The notes: generated by a model not told the origin, from the sequence alone. Numbered from the stretch's first letter, positions 13,797 to 29,882 are shown. The stretch: 64,000 nt of DNA from Tubulanus polymorphus (GCF_964204645.1 NC_134031.1:11596088-11660087), one strand, 5' to 3'. A program made the numbers and translations.

Positions 13797-14077
13797 AAAT
13801 CTACACCAAGTCCCAATAAACCGGATAAACCCCCAAATGATAATAATTCAATACAAGGTAAATTTAAAGATGGTTTGAAGAAATTAGCAAAATATTTATG
13901 AGAACTATCTAAAAAATCTGCTGCAGCTTTACCCGGATTTATTGCATCAATTGTTGGTTTTATATTAAAATCTGCAGGAAGTATTATTAACTTTGCTTTT
14001 GAACATATTATTTTATTTTTAATAACAGTTGTAAGTGCTATTATTTTTGGGTTAGTGAATATGATAAAAAATAAATA
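13797..14077 (+). pseudogene. C-terminal fragment of the 524-aa membrane gene
   Basis: PNKPDKPP...SAAALPGFIASIVGFILKSAG, with one internal TGA. Confidence 0.8.
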
Positions 14078-14098
14078 ATTAATTTTTTTGTTAAATAA

Positions 14099-15305
14099 AT
14101 GAGTGGGAGTTACATAAATCCTTCTAAGAATTCAAGAATATCTAATGCTATTAAAGCAGAGAGATCACATCATATAATTACTCATAATCCTTCTAATATT
14201 GATCCTGATGAAACTTTATATGTTAGAATTCCTCGATTAACACAAAATACTTTTTATGTTCCAAATAGTATTTATTTATCAGCTGATATAAAAGTAACTG
14301 GTCATGATAATAATTATGTTGTAGATAATGTTGGGAGATATTTGATTGAAAAATTAACTATAAAGATTGGTCCGGAAACAGTTTTCTAATTAGATGATTA
14401 TAATTTATTTATGCATTACAAAGATTCATGGTTAACAAAAGAAAATAATATGATATTTCAAGGCATCCAATCAGAAAATCAAAATAAATTAAGATCTGAA
14501 GCTAATAATGCAGTAGTAACTAATGCTACAGATAATTTGATAAAAAGGATTTATGGAAGCAAATATAAAATTCCATTAGACTTTGAATTGATAAATAATA
14601 ATGCGCCTTTATATAAATACGCAGTTCAAGAAGATATTATATTCGAAATAACATTTGCTCCTGTTAATGAAGTAGTATTATCAAGTGTAATAAAAGATAT
14701 GGGTTATAAATGATCGAATATATGTTTAGAATATGATACAGTAACTGATGAAAATATTGCTAGCACAATTCAAACTCAATATGATCAAGGATTTTCATTA
14801 TTATATGATTATATTGATAAATTTAAAATTGTAACTATTAATGCAAGTGATGAAATAATTAATGAGAATATCAACTTCCCAAGAAGATCTATTAAAGGTA
14901 TATTAATATTTTTTACCATTGCTACGTATTCAAATGGCACAATACAGGTTGATAATTATTGAAGGTATAGCAAATAAAATATTTTGTCAATGAATGAGAA
15001 TGATTGATCAATGGCCAGAAATTAAAAAACATTTTATGAATGAAAGGGTAAAATCATCTGAAAATTGTAATATTAATCAAATTGATTATTATACCGGCAA
15101 TAAATATGCATTATGGTTAGATTTTAGAACAACCGAGGATAATTTATTACATGGTTCTGGTAGAAAACTACAGAACACTAAAGATGGAATACAATTATTC
15201 ATGACAAAGAAAAAAGGAAGCTTAAATTTCAAAATGGATATTTATATTATATCTGACGCGCAATTAAATATCATAAATTCTCACTTGAATAGTGTCATGT
15301 ATTAA
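14099..15305 (+). pseudogene. Probable major capsid protein (adintovirus hexon-like), broken
   Basis: About 410 aa when the fragments are joined. Motifs ITHNPSNIDPDETLYVRIPRL, NICLEYDTVT and YALWLDFRT..D..LHGSGR are recognised as the Polinton/adintovirus MCP type. Confidence 0.7.
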
Positions 15306-15337
15306 AATTTTAGTTTTAATAAAAAATTCTATAATAA

Positions 15338-16423
15338 ATGGAAGGAGGAATATATGAAATACAAATTCCAAGTGAAATGATATCAGATATATATTAAATA
15401 ATACCTTATGATGAATAAAGTAAGTATTTTGGAGAATACTTTAATCAATTCAAATATAGAATAAGTAAAATATAAAAGAATATTGAACCTAAAAAAGAAG
15501 ATAATATTGAATCTAAAATAGAAGATAAGAATATTGAAACTAAAATAGAAGATAATGTTATACCTTCTACATCGAATAATGATAAGATTGAACCTGATAT
15601 CAAAACCAAAAAGACAAATGAAAAATATTGTGACGTATGTAAGAAATATATATCATATAAAAATTGGGCATCACATAAGAAATCAAAGAAACATGTAGAA
15701 AAAGAAAAGAACAATAATATCATAGATAATGTTAATACAATTGAAACTAATGATACCATAGATAATATAACAGATAATGTTGATACAATCGAAACTTATG
15801 ATAATGAAACAATTGATGATTCTAAAAACATTGTAATGTTTCTAATTTAGATATTTCTAAAAGTAATTTTTCTAAGCATAAAAAATCTCAGGGACATATA
15901 GAAAATGAAAGGGAGGTAGAAGAACATGAAAAGAAACTAGAAGAAATAGAAAGAAATAAAACCGGTCCATATTGTAATAAGAAATTTGAACCTGTTGATG
16001 AAAATACTCATTATAAATCAAAATTACATCTAATTAATGTTCATAAAAATGTGAGTATGATACCATTGTTAAATAACCAAATGAAATATATCAAATATTT
16101 TGATCCTAAAACTAAACGATATTATATATTCTATGTTGTTATTTGATAAATTATTAGCTTATGCAGAAGATAATCCTAAACAAATATATAAATTATTATA
16201 TTCGAGAAAAATAGATTTAAGTTATCTAACAAAAAATTTTGGATATCATTTTGATTTCTATTTTGATGAATACTTTGAAAAATTAAGAGAAGAAGGTAAG
16301 ATACATACTAATTATCGTAATCTGATGGTTCAACTAAAATTAATAAATATACCTAAGCATTATTATGAATTAGATATAAACAAAGATGATTTTATAAACT
16401 TACTAGAAACAAAATTAGAATAA
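15338..16423 (+). pseudogene. Viral multi-C2H2 zinc-finger gene, frameshifted
   Basis: Starts MEGG; contains CDVCKKYISYKNWASHKKSKKH and two further degenerate fingers. Confidence 0.75.
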
Positions 16424-16425
16424 TT

Positions 16426-16530
16426 AATATATCTATGTACTAGACGTATGTAAGAATCCAAGAAAGAAAGAATCCAAGAATTCTTACTTTCTTACTCGTA
16501 CCTCTAGTACTTAGATATATAAATTAGTTT
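16426..16530. repeat. Viral hairpin repeat unit
   Basis: Same arm sequence as 9184-9310, directly after the zinc-finger gene stop. Confidence 0.85.
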
Positions 16531-16672
16531 TTATAAAAATTAAAAATGTAAATTATTAATCTAAGTATAGAAATAATTATAATATAATCTATTTTTTATT
16601 TCTATTAAGTGAAAACATATAATTATCTCACATAATATATTTTTAATTATTACAAATCTATTTATTTATATA

Positions 16673-19951
<3,279 letters not shown>

Positions 19952-20550
19952 TATGTACCAGACGTACGAGTAAGAAAGTAAGGATCCAAGAATCCAAGAA
20001 TTCTTACTTTCTTACTCGTACGTCTAGTACATACATATATAAATTAGTTTTTATAAAAATTAGAAATATAAATTATTAATTGAAGTATAGAAATGGTTAT
20101 ATTATAATCTATTTTTATTTTTATTAGGAGAAAACATATAATTTATTCATTTTTATATATTTCATTTTATAATTTAAATTTGTAATTATCATAAACTGTT
20201 TATATATCTATGTACTAGACGTACGTAAGAATCTTGGTAAGAATTCTTACGTACGTCTAGTACATAGATATATAAATAGTTTTAGAATAATTATCCTAAA
20301 TATAAATTATATATATATATATTTATACCCCTGTGCAAACTTGAATTATAAACATAGTTTTAATATATAATTTATTCATTATTATATATTTCATTTAATA
20401 ATTTATATTTATAATTTTTATAGAATAAGGTATTTATATATCTATGAACGAGAGGTACGAGTAAGAAACCAAGAATTCTTACTTTCTTACGTTCTTGGCA
20501 AGAATCTTGGTTTCTTACTCGTACGTCTAGTACTTAGATATATAAATAGT
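19952..20550. repeat. Three viral hairpin repeat units
   Basis: Hairpins at about 19952-20050, 20199-20276 (perfect 34-bp arms, 10-nt loop) and about 20431-20550. Confidence 0.9.
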
Positions 20551-20612
20551 TATTTTAAAAAAAGGGAGGTTTTAAATATTAAGGTATCTAATACGTAAAT
20601 GTTTAAAATACC

Positions 20613-21210
20613 TTATTTTATAAATTTATATTCATAGGGAAATTGAAGCCTAAGTAATAATTTTGAACCTTTATTGCTTTTTAATTTATTCATATATTCA
20701 TCATGTAAGTCAGTAGGTATAATTTGATTTTCTTCCAATGATTGTTGCATAGATTTTCTATCTTTATTGTAGAATAAAACTAAAAATCTTATATTCTCCC
20801 TAAAATCTTTAACAATCGAATTATATTTTTGATTTAAAACCCATGTTGTTATCCCAAAATGTCTCGCACAGAAAGCTAAATAGCATAACTCACTCTCTCT
20901 AATTTTTGAATCATGTAGATTTGCACAATCATCTATAATGAATAATGTATTTGATCCTTTATAAACATCAATTGCTATTTTTATACAATTATCTAAATTT
21001 ACTTTTACTGTTTTAGGATTTAATATGATAAACTTTTTTATCTTAACTATATCTCTATTATATGTTTTATTCATTTCATAAGTGGGGAAGAATATTATTA
21101 TTAAAATGATTCTTATAAATAGTTTCTAACAAATCTAATATGAAATGTGTTTTACCACAGTTGGTTACTCCAGTAACTAACATATTATGCGGTTCAAAGA
21201 TAAATAAATC
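20613..21210 (-). pseudogene. Packaging ATPase, frameshifted
   Basis: GVTNCGKT near 21150-21175; LFIIDD in ORF 20613-21074. Confidence 0.85.
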
Positions 21211-22177
21211 TTTTTGTTTCCAATGCCTTTTCTGTTTTGTATTCTATTTCATCTGGATTTGGTACAAGTGATAATTCTTGTTCATAGAAATAACCTAATA
21301 TTTCTTCATTTTTTAAATCTTCTAATTTATATACAAAAGGTTTAGTTAATATTATTTTTTTAATTTTAAATATTTCTTCAGTAAAATCTGGTGTATAACC
21401 TTTATAAAATGTTTTTCGATATTTAGATACTCTAACATGTTGTCCAATTTTAAATTTAGGTTCACCAAAATCATGCGTAACAAACGCTCCATATGAATTA
21501 TTCCAAACAACTTCTGAATTATCTTCTTTTATAGCTTGTATAAGTTTCATATTTATAGAACTATGTTTAGAATTATTATAACCTTTAACTAAACACATCG
21601 ATATATTTATATGTTTCATAAGCAGTAAAGTATTTCCACATTCTAGTTTTCAATGTTTTATTAAATCTTTCTATAATAGATGCTTTTTTATCTGAGTGTT
21701 TTGAAAAATACTCTACATCGTTTTCAGATAATAGTTTTTAAAAATGTTTATTATAGAATTCCTTACCTTCATCGAATTGTATCTTACCTGGAATAGCTTC
21801 TTTAAATATTGATTTAAAAGCATTTGTAACTTCTATACCTGTTTTATTTTTGATTGGAATACTCCATGCGTATCTACTGAATATATCTATAACATTTAAT
21901 ATCCAGAAATATCCTTTGTTGAATTCTTCATGTCAATCAAATCTGCTTGCCATTGTTGATCAATATATGAAACCATAATTTTTCGCGTTAAATAGTTTTT
22001 ATCCATTTTCTTGTGGATTCGATATGTGGGTTGGTTTTGTAACCATAATCTTAATTCACTATATTTTATATTTTCTTTATCAGATTTAATTTTATCCCAT
22101 GATTCTGAAATACTAGAATATGATACTTAACTCTCTGGGTTATAATATAAAACTCTTAAATATTGTTCTTTTTTCAT
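21194..22177 (-). pseudogene. rve integrase, broken, chromodomain largely deleted
   Basis: Colinear with 28779-29882; deletion at about 21212. Confidence 0.88.
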
Positions 22178-22183
22178 CTTATT

Positions 22184-22550
22184 TTAATCCATTAATAATA
22201 ATCTTGGATCATTTTCAATGACTTTATCAATTGACTTATTCTCTGGTATAATAGGTTTATCATTATCATCATTATTGTTAATAAATTTGAATTTAGATTT
22301 ATATATTACACCAGAGAATATGATTACTGTGATTAACCCAATTTTGATATATAAGTAATTATTTCTTCCAGTATTAGAAGAATTAGATGGATGATCATTC
22401 GAATTAATAACAGATAATTTCTGTGACTCATTGATAACAGTTAATTTTCTTTTTCTTTGCTCTTTTTAATTCTGCAGATCTTTTACCTAATTCCCTTGCC
22501 CATTTAATTTGTTTCTCAGATCTAGGCTTCTTCTTAATATCATCACTCAT
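22184..22550 (-). pseudogene. Small basic/TM viral protein copy
   Basis: Homolog of 28374-28772. Confidence 0.75.
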
Positions 22551-23097
22551 TTATTTTAGTTAATTTTTGTTCTGATTCGATATCTTCTGATTTATTTTTA
22601 TCTTTATATTCTATCGGTTTGATATTAGAAAATGTTATAACTCCAGTAGAAATCAATGTCATTATTCCGCCTAATTAAAATTAAGCGTATCCAACCCATT
22701 TCTGTAATTCTGTCATAACTAAATAATCATTTTTTAAATCGCTATACAATTTATTTTCATCATCAATTGGTATAATCCGGTTACATAATCTAGAGTAACA
22801 TTTAACTATTCCATCACTGATAGAGTCATTTATTCTAGCTAATCTTCTTCATATATTTTGAAATGTTTGATTACTTTTTATGGTTTCATATTATCTAATT
22901 CTTGAAATGTTTTTGCCAATAAACTCTTTAGATTTGCCACCAGCAATCAATAGTTCTTGATGATGCTTACACGTCAAATAGTATTCATAATCAATATTAT
23001 TTTCCATTTTGGTTGGAATATCCTTATTATCACTAATGCCCAAATCATCTAAGGTTTTTTCCATATCAATACTATTCTTATTAGATTTCTTTGACAT
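22543..23097 (-). pseudogene. MSKKS hypothetical viral gene, broken
   Basis: Homolog of 27781-28381. Confidence 0.75.
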
Positions 23098-23367
23098 TTA
23101 TATTAGAGAAAAAAGCGAAAAAAAATATTATACTTATTCTTCAAATGATACTAATAACTCATTAGGTTAATACTAGTAAGTAATAGGGAATATCTTGTTT
23201 CAGATCAAAGGTCGAACGGTCGAGCTCATTAAAAAACAAAACATTAAAAGTAATTTAAAACTGTAATATATTTTCATAACCGTGTGCATTTTATATTAAA
23301 ACTAAATATTTATTCTAAGATATCAATAATTTAAAAAGCATATTGTATTAAATCAATTGGTCGCTCC

Positions 23368-23535
23368 ACTGAAGAAATAGAAAAGGTTAGTTTGAACCCA
23401 TTTGATGATAAAAGATATATTTTAGATGATGGAATTCATACAGTCGCGTATGGTTGCAATTTAGAAGAATACTTAAAATTTAAAAGAGAAGAAGAGAAAG
23501 AAAAGGAAATAATGAACAGGATTATTACATGTTAA
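23368..23535 (+). pseudogene. Extreme C-terminal remnant of protein-primed family B DNA polymerase
   Basis: Not in the ORF track. Translates as TEEIEKVSLNPFDDKRYILDDGIHTVAYGC..., the characteristic Polinton pPolB terminal motif (K.xLxPFDDKRY...GI.T..YG). Confidence 0.8.
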
Positions 23536-23564
23536 TCAAATTTTATTAAAAATATGTATCATAA

Positions 23565-24331
23565 ATGGAAAGTACACAATCACAAACTATCAATATTACA
23601 AATAGTGTTGTAAATATTTATCATAAGAAATGTTCAAAATGTGAATTGAATAAACAATCATCAGAATATTACAAAGATAAAACCCAGAAAGATGGTAAGC
23701 AACGTTATTGTAGAACTTGAGTTAAAGAAATGAATAAGCAATAACGAGCAAATAATCCAGATTATCAAAAGGAATGGCGAAATGATAACCCAGAATATTT
23801 AAGAGATTGGAAAAAAGATAATAGAGAACATTATAATGAGTATCAAAATAATTACCAAAAAGAAAGATATAAAACGGATCTTAATTTTAAATTGAAACAA
23901 TGTTTAAGTTCTAGATTAACAAAATTATTCAGTAAAGAACGCATTCAGCCGCACTATCTAATTTATTGGGGTGTTCAGATGAATTTCTCAAATAATGGAT
24001 AATATATCAATTCGACGATAAAATGAATGAAAAAAACTATGGTGAATACTTTCATATTGATCATGTGTTACCAATATCTAAATTTAACATGAATGATGAA
24101 TACAATTTGAAGTTAATATGGAGCTGGAAAAACTTAAGACCTTTAGAAAAAGTTGAAAATATTAGGAAAGGTAACAAACTAGAAATGAAATTATATTTAG
24201 ATCAACTGGATAAAGCAAAGACATTTGTTGAATTATGGAACTCAATACATAATGAAAAATACGTTGAATATAAACGTATAGAAAACCGGAAACTCTCGAT
24301 GTATGTCAAACTGCCTATGCAATTTTACTAA
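23565..24331 (+). pseudogene. HNH endonuclease, broken
   Basis: MESTQ...CSKC..., internal stops, then HIDHVLPISKF...WKNLRPLEKVEN. Confidence 0.8.
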
Positions 24332-25483
24332 CATCTGTGTCGCATGTTATAAATTCAGTTGAATGGGGAGTAGTACTTCATTTGAATATTGATCGAACGT
24401 GCTCTTTCTGTTGAAAAGAATTAATTAATTTCATCATAAAAGAACACCTGTTGCTCAGACAGACAATGTTTGGCTGGTGAATAACTGGCAGTTATAAGCG
24501 CGCAGTGCATAAGCATAGGAACGCATAGGATTTCTCTCTAGAAACACAATTAGGAGTTTACAGTTCTAAATGTAAGTACTGTTTTTGTTGTTATTTAGAC
24601 GCCGGGAAACGTTAAACATGTTTAAGTGTATTAATCTATATTTGACAACTACAACTTCAAGTTAGTTTTATTCTACGCTAGATATTTATCTTTTAGATAA
24701 CAAAATGCTACGCGTAACAAGAAGACCATTGCTATTTGAGTCATGAAAGTGAATATGGAAGGATGTGAAATCAGAAATTACGGATATTTCAACTCATGAG
24801 ACAGTAGCAGTTTAGCCATACTGTATAGACTTTCAATGCATTACGTTTGCTGGAATTTCAATTGCGTCATTCGGTCGTTGTTAATGGTTATAGTGACAGC
24901 TGTGCATTCCGCACAAAAGCCCGGGTTTGGAATGTTGAAATCGATACTGACTGTAGAACAAGATATATGTGTTTATGAAATAGTTATTCCACCAGGCGTT
25001 TCGTTGAATTGATTTTCAGTTTGAGGATTTATTATCGAGAATCCAAAATGACTTATCTGATATTTTAAATCCCAAGAATTAAAAATTGCATATCTTTAAC
25101 TAGCCATTATTTCTATTTTAATTTTTTTCAAAATCTAATATTTCTTTTTAAAAGAGAATACTTTATATTTTGATAAGATTTGAATAAAAATTACATAACT
25201 TCAACTAGCTAGTCTATTTAGTATTAACCTAAAGAGTTACTAGAGTAATAGGGAATATCTTATATATTCAAATAATAATAATATTCAACTGAAATACACA
25301 CGGTTATGAAAATATATTATAGTTTTAAATTACTTTTAATATTTGTTATTAATGAACTCGACCATTTAACCTTTAACCTGAAACAAGATATTCCCTATTA
25401 CTCTTAAAATATTCATATATATATGAATAAAATATAAATGAATAACTTCTAAAATCAATTTTAATAAAAAATCTAGTATTAAA

Positions 25484-25735
25484 ATGGAAGCAAATAAGTA
25501 CTACTGCCCAACATGTAATTTCAATATAGATAAATCCCAAAAAGCAACACACAATAAAACTAAAACACATTTAGAGAATAAATTGAAATTAGAATATTTA
25601 CAGTTATATTCAGAACAGTTAACAAAGGCAAAGAAATTTATTGAATTATGGAATAATGATCCAAATAATGAACAATACGTTGAGGAATTCGATATCAAGG
25701 ATCCGATGTTTATACTAGAACATGATTCTATTTGA
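25484..25735 (+). pseudogene. Second in-frame zinc-finger::HNH-tail deletion fusion
   Basis: MEANKYYCPTC...HLENKLKL joined to LQLYSEQLTKAKKFIELWNNDPNNEQYVE. Confidence 0.75.
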
Positions 25736-26389
25736 ACCTATATACATTCCATGTACAGAGCTATGGAATAAATCTATAAATTCACAGCTGTTACAGCTGT
25801 TACTATGACGCCGAGACATTATGACTCATTATTACAAACGTGCAGAGAACACTCTAGAACCGGAACCAGATGACGTGGCAAGAAATGAACAGGCGCTGTA
25901 ACATTATGCTCAGGAAACGAAATTAGGAGTTTATAGTTTACAATTCTAAATCTAAATGTAAGTACTGTTTGTTGTAGTTATTAGGGCTATTAAATATGAA
26001 ACCTTTAGATATATTCAAGTGCATTTAGTATATCTTTTAGATGGCTAGAGTTGCCGCTAATATCTTTTAGATTAATAAAACGCCATACGCATCAAGAAGT
26101 GACAGAGAAACTCAAGATTCTCTTTCTGACTGAGGAATCAACAGCATTGGATATCAAACCAATAGAATCGCCAAAAGATCAACGAAGAAACTATATAAGA
26201 ATTTCAAAAACATTAAGACTCCAATGATTAAGTTTAACATTTGTTGTTGTTGTTAAATATTTACCAGCAATTGAAAAAATGTTTGTAATTATAAATTGTA
26301 TTTATAGAAATCAAATGATGTATTGGAAGAAACGGCCGAACAACTTGTATAATGTATTGTGTAAATCTGCTCGGTGAATTTTTATGTTC

Positions 26390-26710
26390 GGTCGTTTCTA
26401 TTCAGAATGAATATATAATTAGGATTAGCGCATGCGCATTAAGCAAAACCGGCCATAAATGGCCGCATGTGACTGACACATGTAACGCATGTGACGCAGA
26501 CATGAACGCGTTTGAATTTCCTATGTTCAGTTGTTTCTATTTTACAGAATGAATATATAATTATGATTAGCGCATGCGTATTAAGCAAAAGCGGACATCA
26601 ATGGCCGCATGTGACGCATGTAACGCATGTGTTGTTTCTATTTTACAGAATTTATAGAATGAATATATAATTATGATTAACGCATGCGCATTGATCCAAA
26701 CCGGGCCTGA
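26390..26710. repeat. Three imperfect tandem units (about 110-140 bp) containing GCGCATGCGC-like palindromes
   Basis: agaatgaatatataattaKgattaRcgcatgcgYatt at about 26404, 26546 and 26656. Confidence 0.85.
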
Positions 26711-26863
26711 ATGCGCGGTTTTGCCCAGTGGTATTATTTAGATATCGAGGAATCGAAAAAACTTATCAAAAGCAGCGAGGAATGAAAAAGGATGACGTTG
26801 GTCGAAGAAATGGAAGAGGATTCTAAAATATTAACCAATTTAGTAAAAAAATACGTATAATAA

Positions 26864-27532
26864 ATGGAACCAGAACAACCACAAACTATCAATATTACAA
26901 ATAACACTGGTGTTATAAATATATATTACAAGAAGTGTTCTAAATGTGAATTAGATAAAGTAGCTTTAACGGAATTTAGTAAACGTAAGATTAGCAAAGA
27001 TGGTTTTCAATATTGCTGTAAAACTTGTTTTAAACTATATACCAAACAATACCGAGAAGATAATATAGAACATTATAATTATTATATGGCAGAATATATG
27101 AGAGAAAGATATCAAACAGATCTTAATTTTAGATTAAAACAATCCTTTAGATCTAGATTAACACAATTATTCAACAAAGAAACACATTCAGAAACACTAT
27201 CTAATCTATTGGGTTGTTCAGATGAATTTCTCAAATCATGGATTATATTTCAATTCGATGATAAAATGAATATAGATAATTATGGGGATTATTACCATAT
27301 TGATCACGTGTTACCAATATCTAAATTTAACATGAATGATGAATACAATAAAAAACTTATTTGGGGTTGGAAGAATTTAAGACCTTTAGAAAAGAAAGAA
27401 AATCAAATCAAATCTAATAAACTAGATTTACAGTTATATTTGGATCAATTAGATAAAGCAAAGAAATTCATTGAATTATGGAACAATGATCCAAATAATG
27501 AACAATATGTTGAGTCTTTAATGAGTGGTTGA
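26864..27532 (+). CDS. HNH-type endonuclease with N-terminal Zn ribbon (large-DNA-virus type)
   Basis: Intact 222 aa with CSKC...CKTC and YHIDHVLPISKF...WKNLRPLEKKENQIKSNK. Confidence 0.8.
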   Translation: MEPEQPQTINITNNTGVINIYYKKCSKCELDKVALTEFSKRKISKDGFQYCCKTCFKLYTKQYREDNIEHYNYYMAEYMRERYQTDLNFRLKQSFRSRLTQLFNKETHSETLSNLLGCSDEFLKSWIIFQFDDKMNIDNYGDYYHIDHVLPISKFNMNDEYNKKLIWGWKNLRPLEKKENQIKSNKLDLQLYLDQLDKAKKFIELWNNDPNNEQYVESLMSG

Positions 27533-27780
27533 AGAATAATAGATTTTAAATAAAAAATATTAAAAAAACAATAACTTCAACTAGCTAGTGAATTCTATTA
27601 TATTTTTAATATTTTCTTTTCAAAAAAAGAATACTTTATATCACAAATAAAAAATACTAAAAAAACAATAACTAATACTAAAATTCTTTACTTTTAACTA
27701 AGCTAGTATTAATCTAAAGAGATACTGGTATCATTTTATAATACTTATAATATTTTTCTTATTAAATTTCTCTAATATAA

Positions 27781-28381
27781 ATGTCAAAGAAATCGAGTAA
27801 GAATAGTATTGATATTGAAAAGACATTAGATGATTTGGGCATTAGTGATAATAAGGATATTCCGGCCAAAATTGAAAATAATATTCAAGTTAATTGTAAT
27901 ATAGATTATGAATACTATTTATATTGTAAACACCATCTTGAACTATTGATTGCTAGCGGGAAGTGTAAACAATTTTTAACTAAGACTATTACTTTTCAAG
28001 AATTAGATGCTATGAAACCCGATAAAGTAATAAAATATTTATGAAGAAGCTAGATTAGCTAGAATAAACGACTCTATAAGTGATGGTATTGTCAAATGTT
28101 ATTCAAAATTATGTAACCAGTTAATACCAATTAATGATGAAAATAAATTATATAGTGATTTAAAAAATGATTACTTAGTTATGACTGAATTACAAAAATG
28201 GGTTGGTTATGCTTCATTTCAATTAGGATCCGTTATGACATTAATTTCTACTGGTGTCATAACATTTTCGAACATCAAGCCTATGGAATATAAATCAGGT
28301 AAGAACGAAACAGATGTACTAAAACCAAACGGTGAAACAGAAAATGAATCAGAGCAAAAATTAACTATAATAAATGAGTGA
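27781..28381 (+). pseudogene. MSKKS hypothetical viral gene with a small frameshifting deletion
   Basis: ORFs 27781-28044 and 28181-28381 align to 11862-12365. Confidence 0.8.
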
Positions 28382-28772
28382 TAGCGTTAAGAAAAAGGCT
28401 AGATCCGAGAAACAAATTAAATGGGCAAGAGAATTAGGTAAAAGATCTTCAGAATTAAAAAAAGCTAAGAAAAAGAAATTAACTGATATAAATGAATCAC
28501 AGAAATTATCTGATATTGATTCAAATAATACTCCATCTGATTCTTCTAATGCTGGAAGTAATAATTACTTATATATTACAATTGGATTAGTAACAGTTAT
28601 TATATTATCTGGTGTAATATATAAATATAAGTATGAATCTGATGATAAAGATGATGCCAATGATGATCGGAAACTTAGTTATCCGTGTACAGACAATAAA
28701 CCTATCATACCAGAAAATAAGTCAAATCATAAAACCATTGAAACTAAATCTAAATTATTATTAATGGATTAA
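28374..28772 (+). CDS. Small viral protein with basic N-terminus and single TM
   Basis: Intact 132 aa; KKKARSEKQIKWARELGKRS and LYITIGLVTVIILSGVIY. Confidence 0.75.
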   Translation: MSDSVKKKARSEKQIKWARELGKRSSELKKAKKKKLTDINESQKLSDIDSNNTPSDSSNAGSNNYLYITIGLVTVIILSGVIYKYKYESDDKDDANDDRKLSYPCTDNKPIIPENKSNHKTIETKSKLLLMD

Positions 28773-28778
28773 AATAAG

Positions 28779-29882
28779 ATGGAAAAAGAACAATATTTAA
28801 GAGATTTATATTACAACCCAGAGAGTGAAGTATCATATTCTAACGTTTCAGAATTATGGGATAAAATTAAATCTGATAAAGAAAATGGTAATATAAAATA
28901 TAGTGAATTAAAATCATGGTTACAAAATCAACCAACATATCAAATCCACAAGAAAATGGATAAAAGTTATTTAACAAGAAAAGTTATGGTTTCATATATT
29001 GATCAACAATGGCAAGCAGATTTAATTGACGTGAAGAACTTAGAAGAATACAACAAAGGATATTTCTGGATATTAAATGTTATAGATATATTCAGTAGAT
29101 ACGCATGGTCAATTCCAATCAAAAATAAAACTGGAATAGAAGTGACAAATGCTTTTAAATTTATATTTAAAGAAGCTATTCCAGATAAGATACAATTTGA
29201 TGAAGGTAAGGAATTTTATAACAAACATTTAAAAAAACTATTATCTGATAACGATGTAGATTATTTTTCAACACATTCAGATAAAAAAGCATCTATTATA
29301 GAAAGATTTAATAAAACATTGAAAACTAGAATGTGGAAATATTTTACTGCTAATGAAACATATAAATATATCGATGAGTCTATAAATACATTAGATGATT
29401 TAGTGAAAGGTTATGATAATTCTAAACATAGTTCTATAAATATGAAACCTATACAAGCTAGAAAAGAAGATAATTCGGAAATAGTTTGGAATAATTTATA
29501 TGGAGCATTTGTTACACATGATTTTGGAGAACCTAAATTCAAAATTGGACAACATGTAAGAATATCTAAATATAGAAAAACATTTTATAAAGGTTATACC
29601 CCAAATTTTACAGAAGAAATATTTAAAATTAAAAAGATAATATTAACTAAACCATTTGTTTATAAATTAGAAGATATAAAAGATGAAGAAATATTAGGTT
29701 ATTTCTATGAACAAGAATTATCACTTGTACCAAATCCAGATGAAATAGAATACAAAATAGAAAAAGTATTGAAAACAAAAACTCTTAAAGGAAAAAAGTA
29801 TTGTTTGGTGAAATATAAAGGGTATGATGATAAATTTAATGAATGGATTTTATCTAGTAAAATTAAAAGAATAAATGAATAA
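28779..29882 (+). CDS. Polinton-type retroviral-like (rve) integrase with C-terminal chromodomain
   Basis: Intact 367 aa. DDE motifs WQADL / QFDEGKEF / IIERFNKTLK; chromodomain YKIEKVLK...LVKYKGYDDKFNEWI. Confidence 0.93.
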   Translation: MEKEQYLRDLYYNPESEVSYSNVSELWDKIKSDKENGNIKYSELKSWLQNQPTYQIHKKMDKSYLTRKVMVSYIDQQWQADLIDVKNLEEYNKGYFWILNVIDIFSRYAWSIPIKNKTGIEVTNAFKFIFKEAIPDKIQFDEGKEFYNKHLKKLLSDNDVDYFSTHSDKKASIIERFNKTLKTRMWKYFTANETYKYIDESINTLDDLVKGYDNSKHSSINMKPIQARKEDNSEIVWNNLYGAFVTHDFGEPKFKIGQHVRISKYRKTFYKGYTPNFTEEIFKIKKIILTKPFVYKLEDIKDEEILGYFYEQELSLVPNPDEIEYKIEKVLKTKTLKGKKYCLVKYKGYDDKFNEWILSSKIKRINE

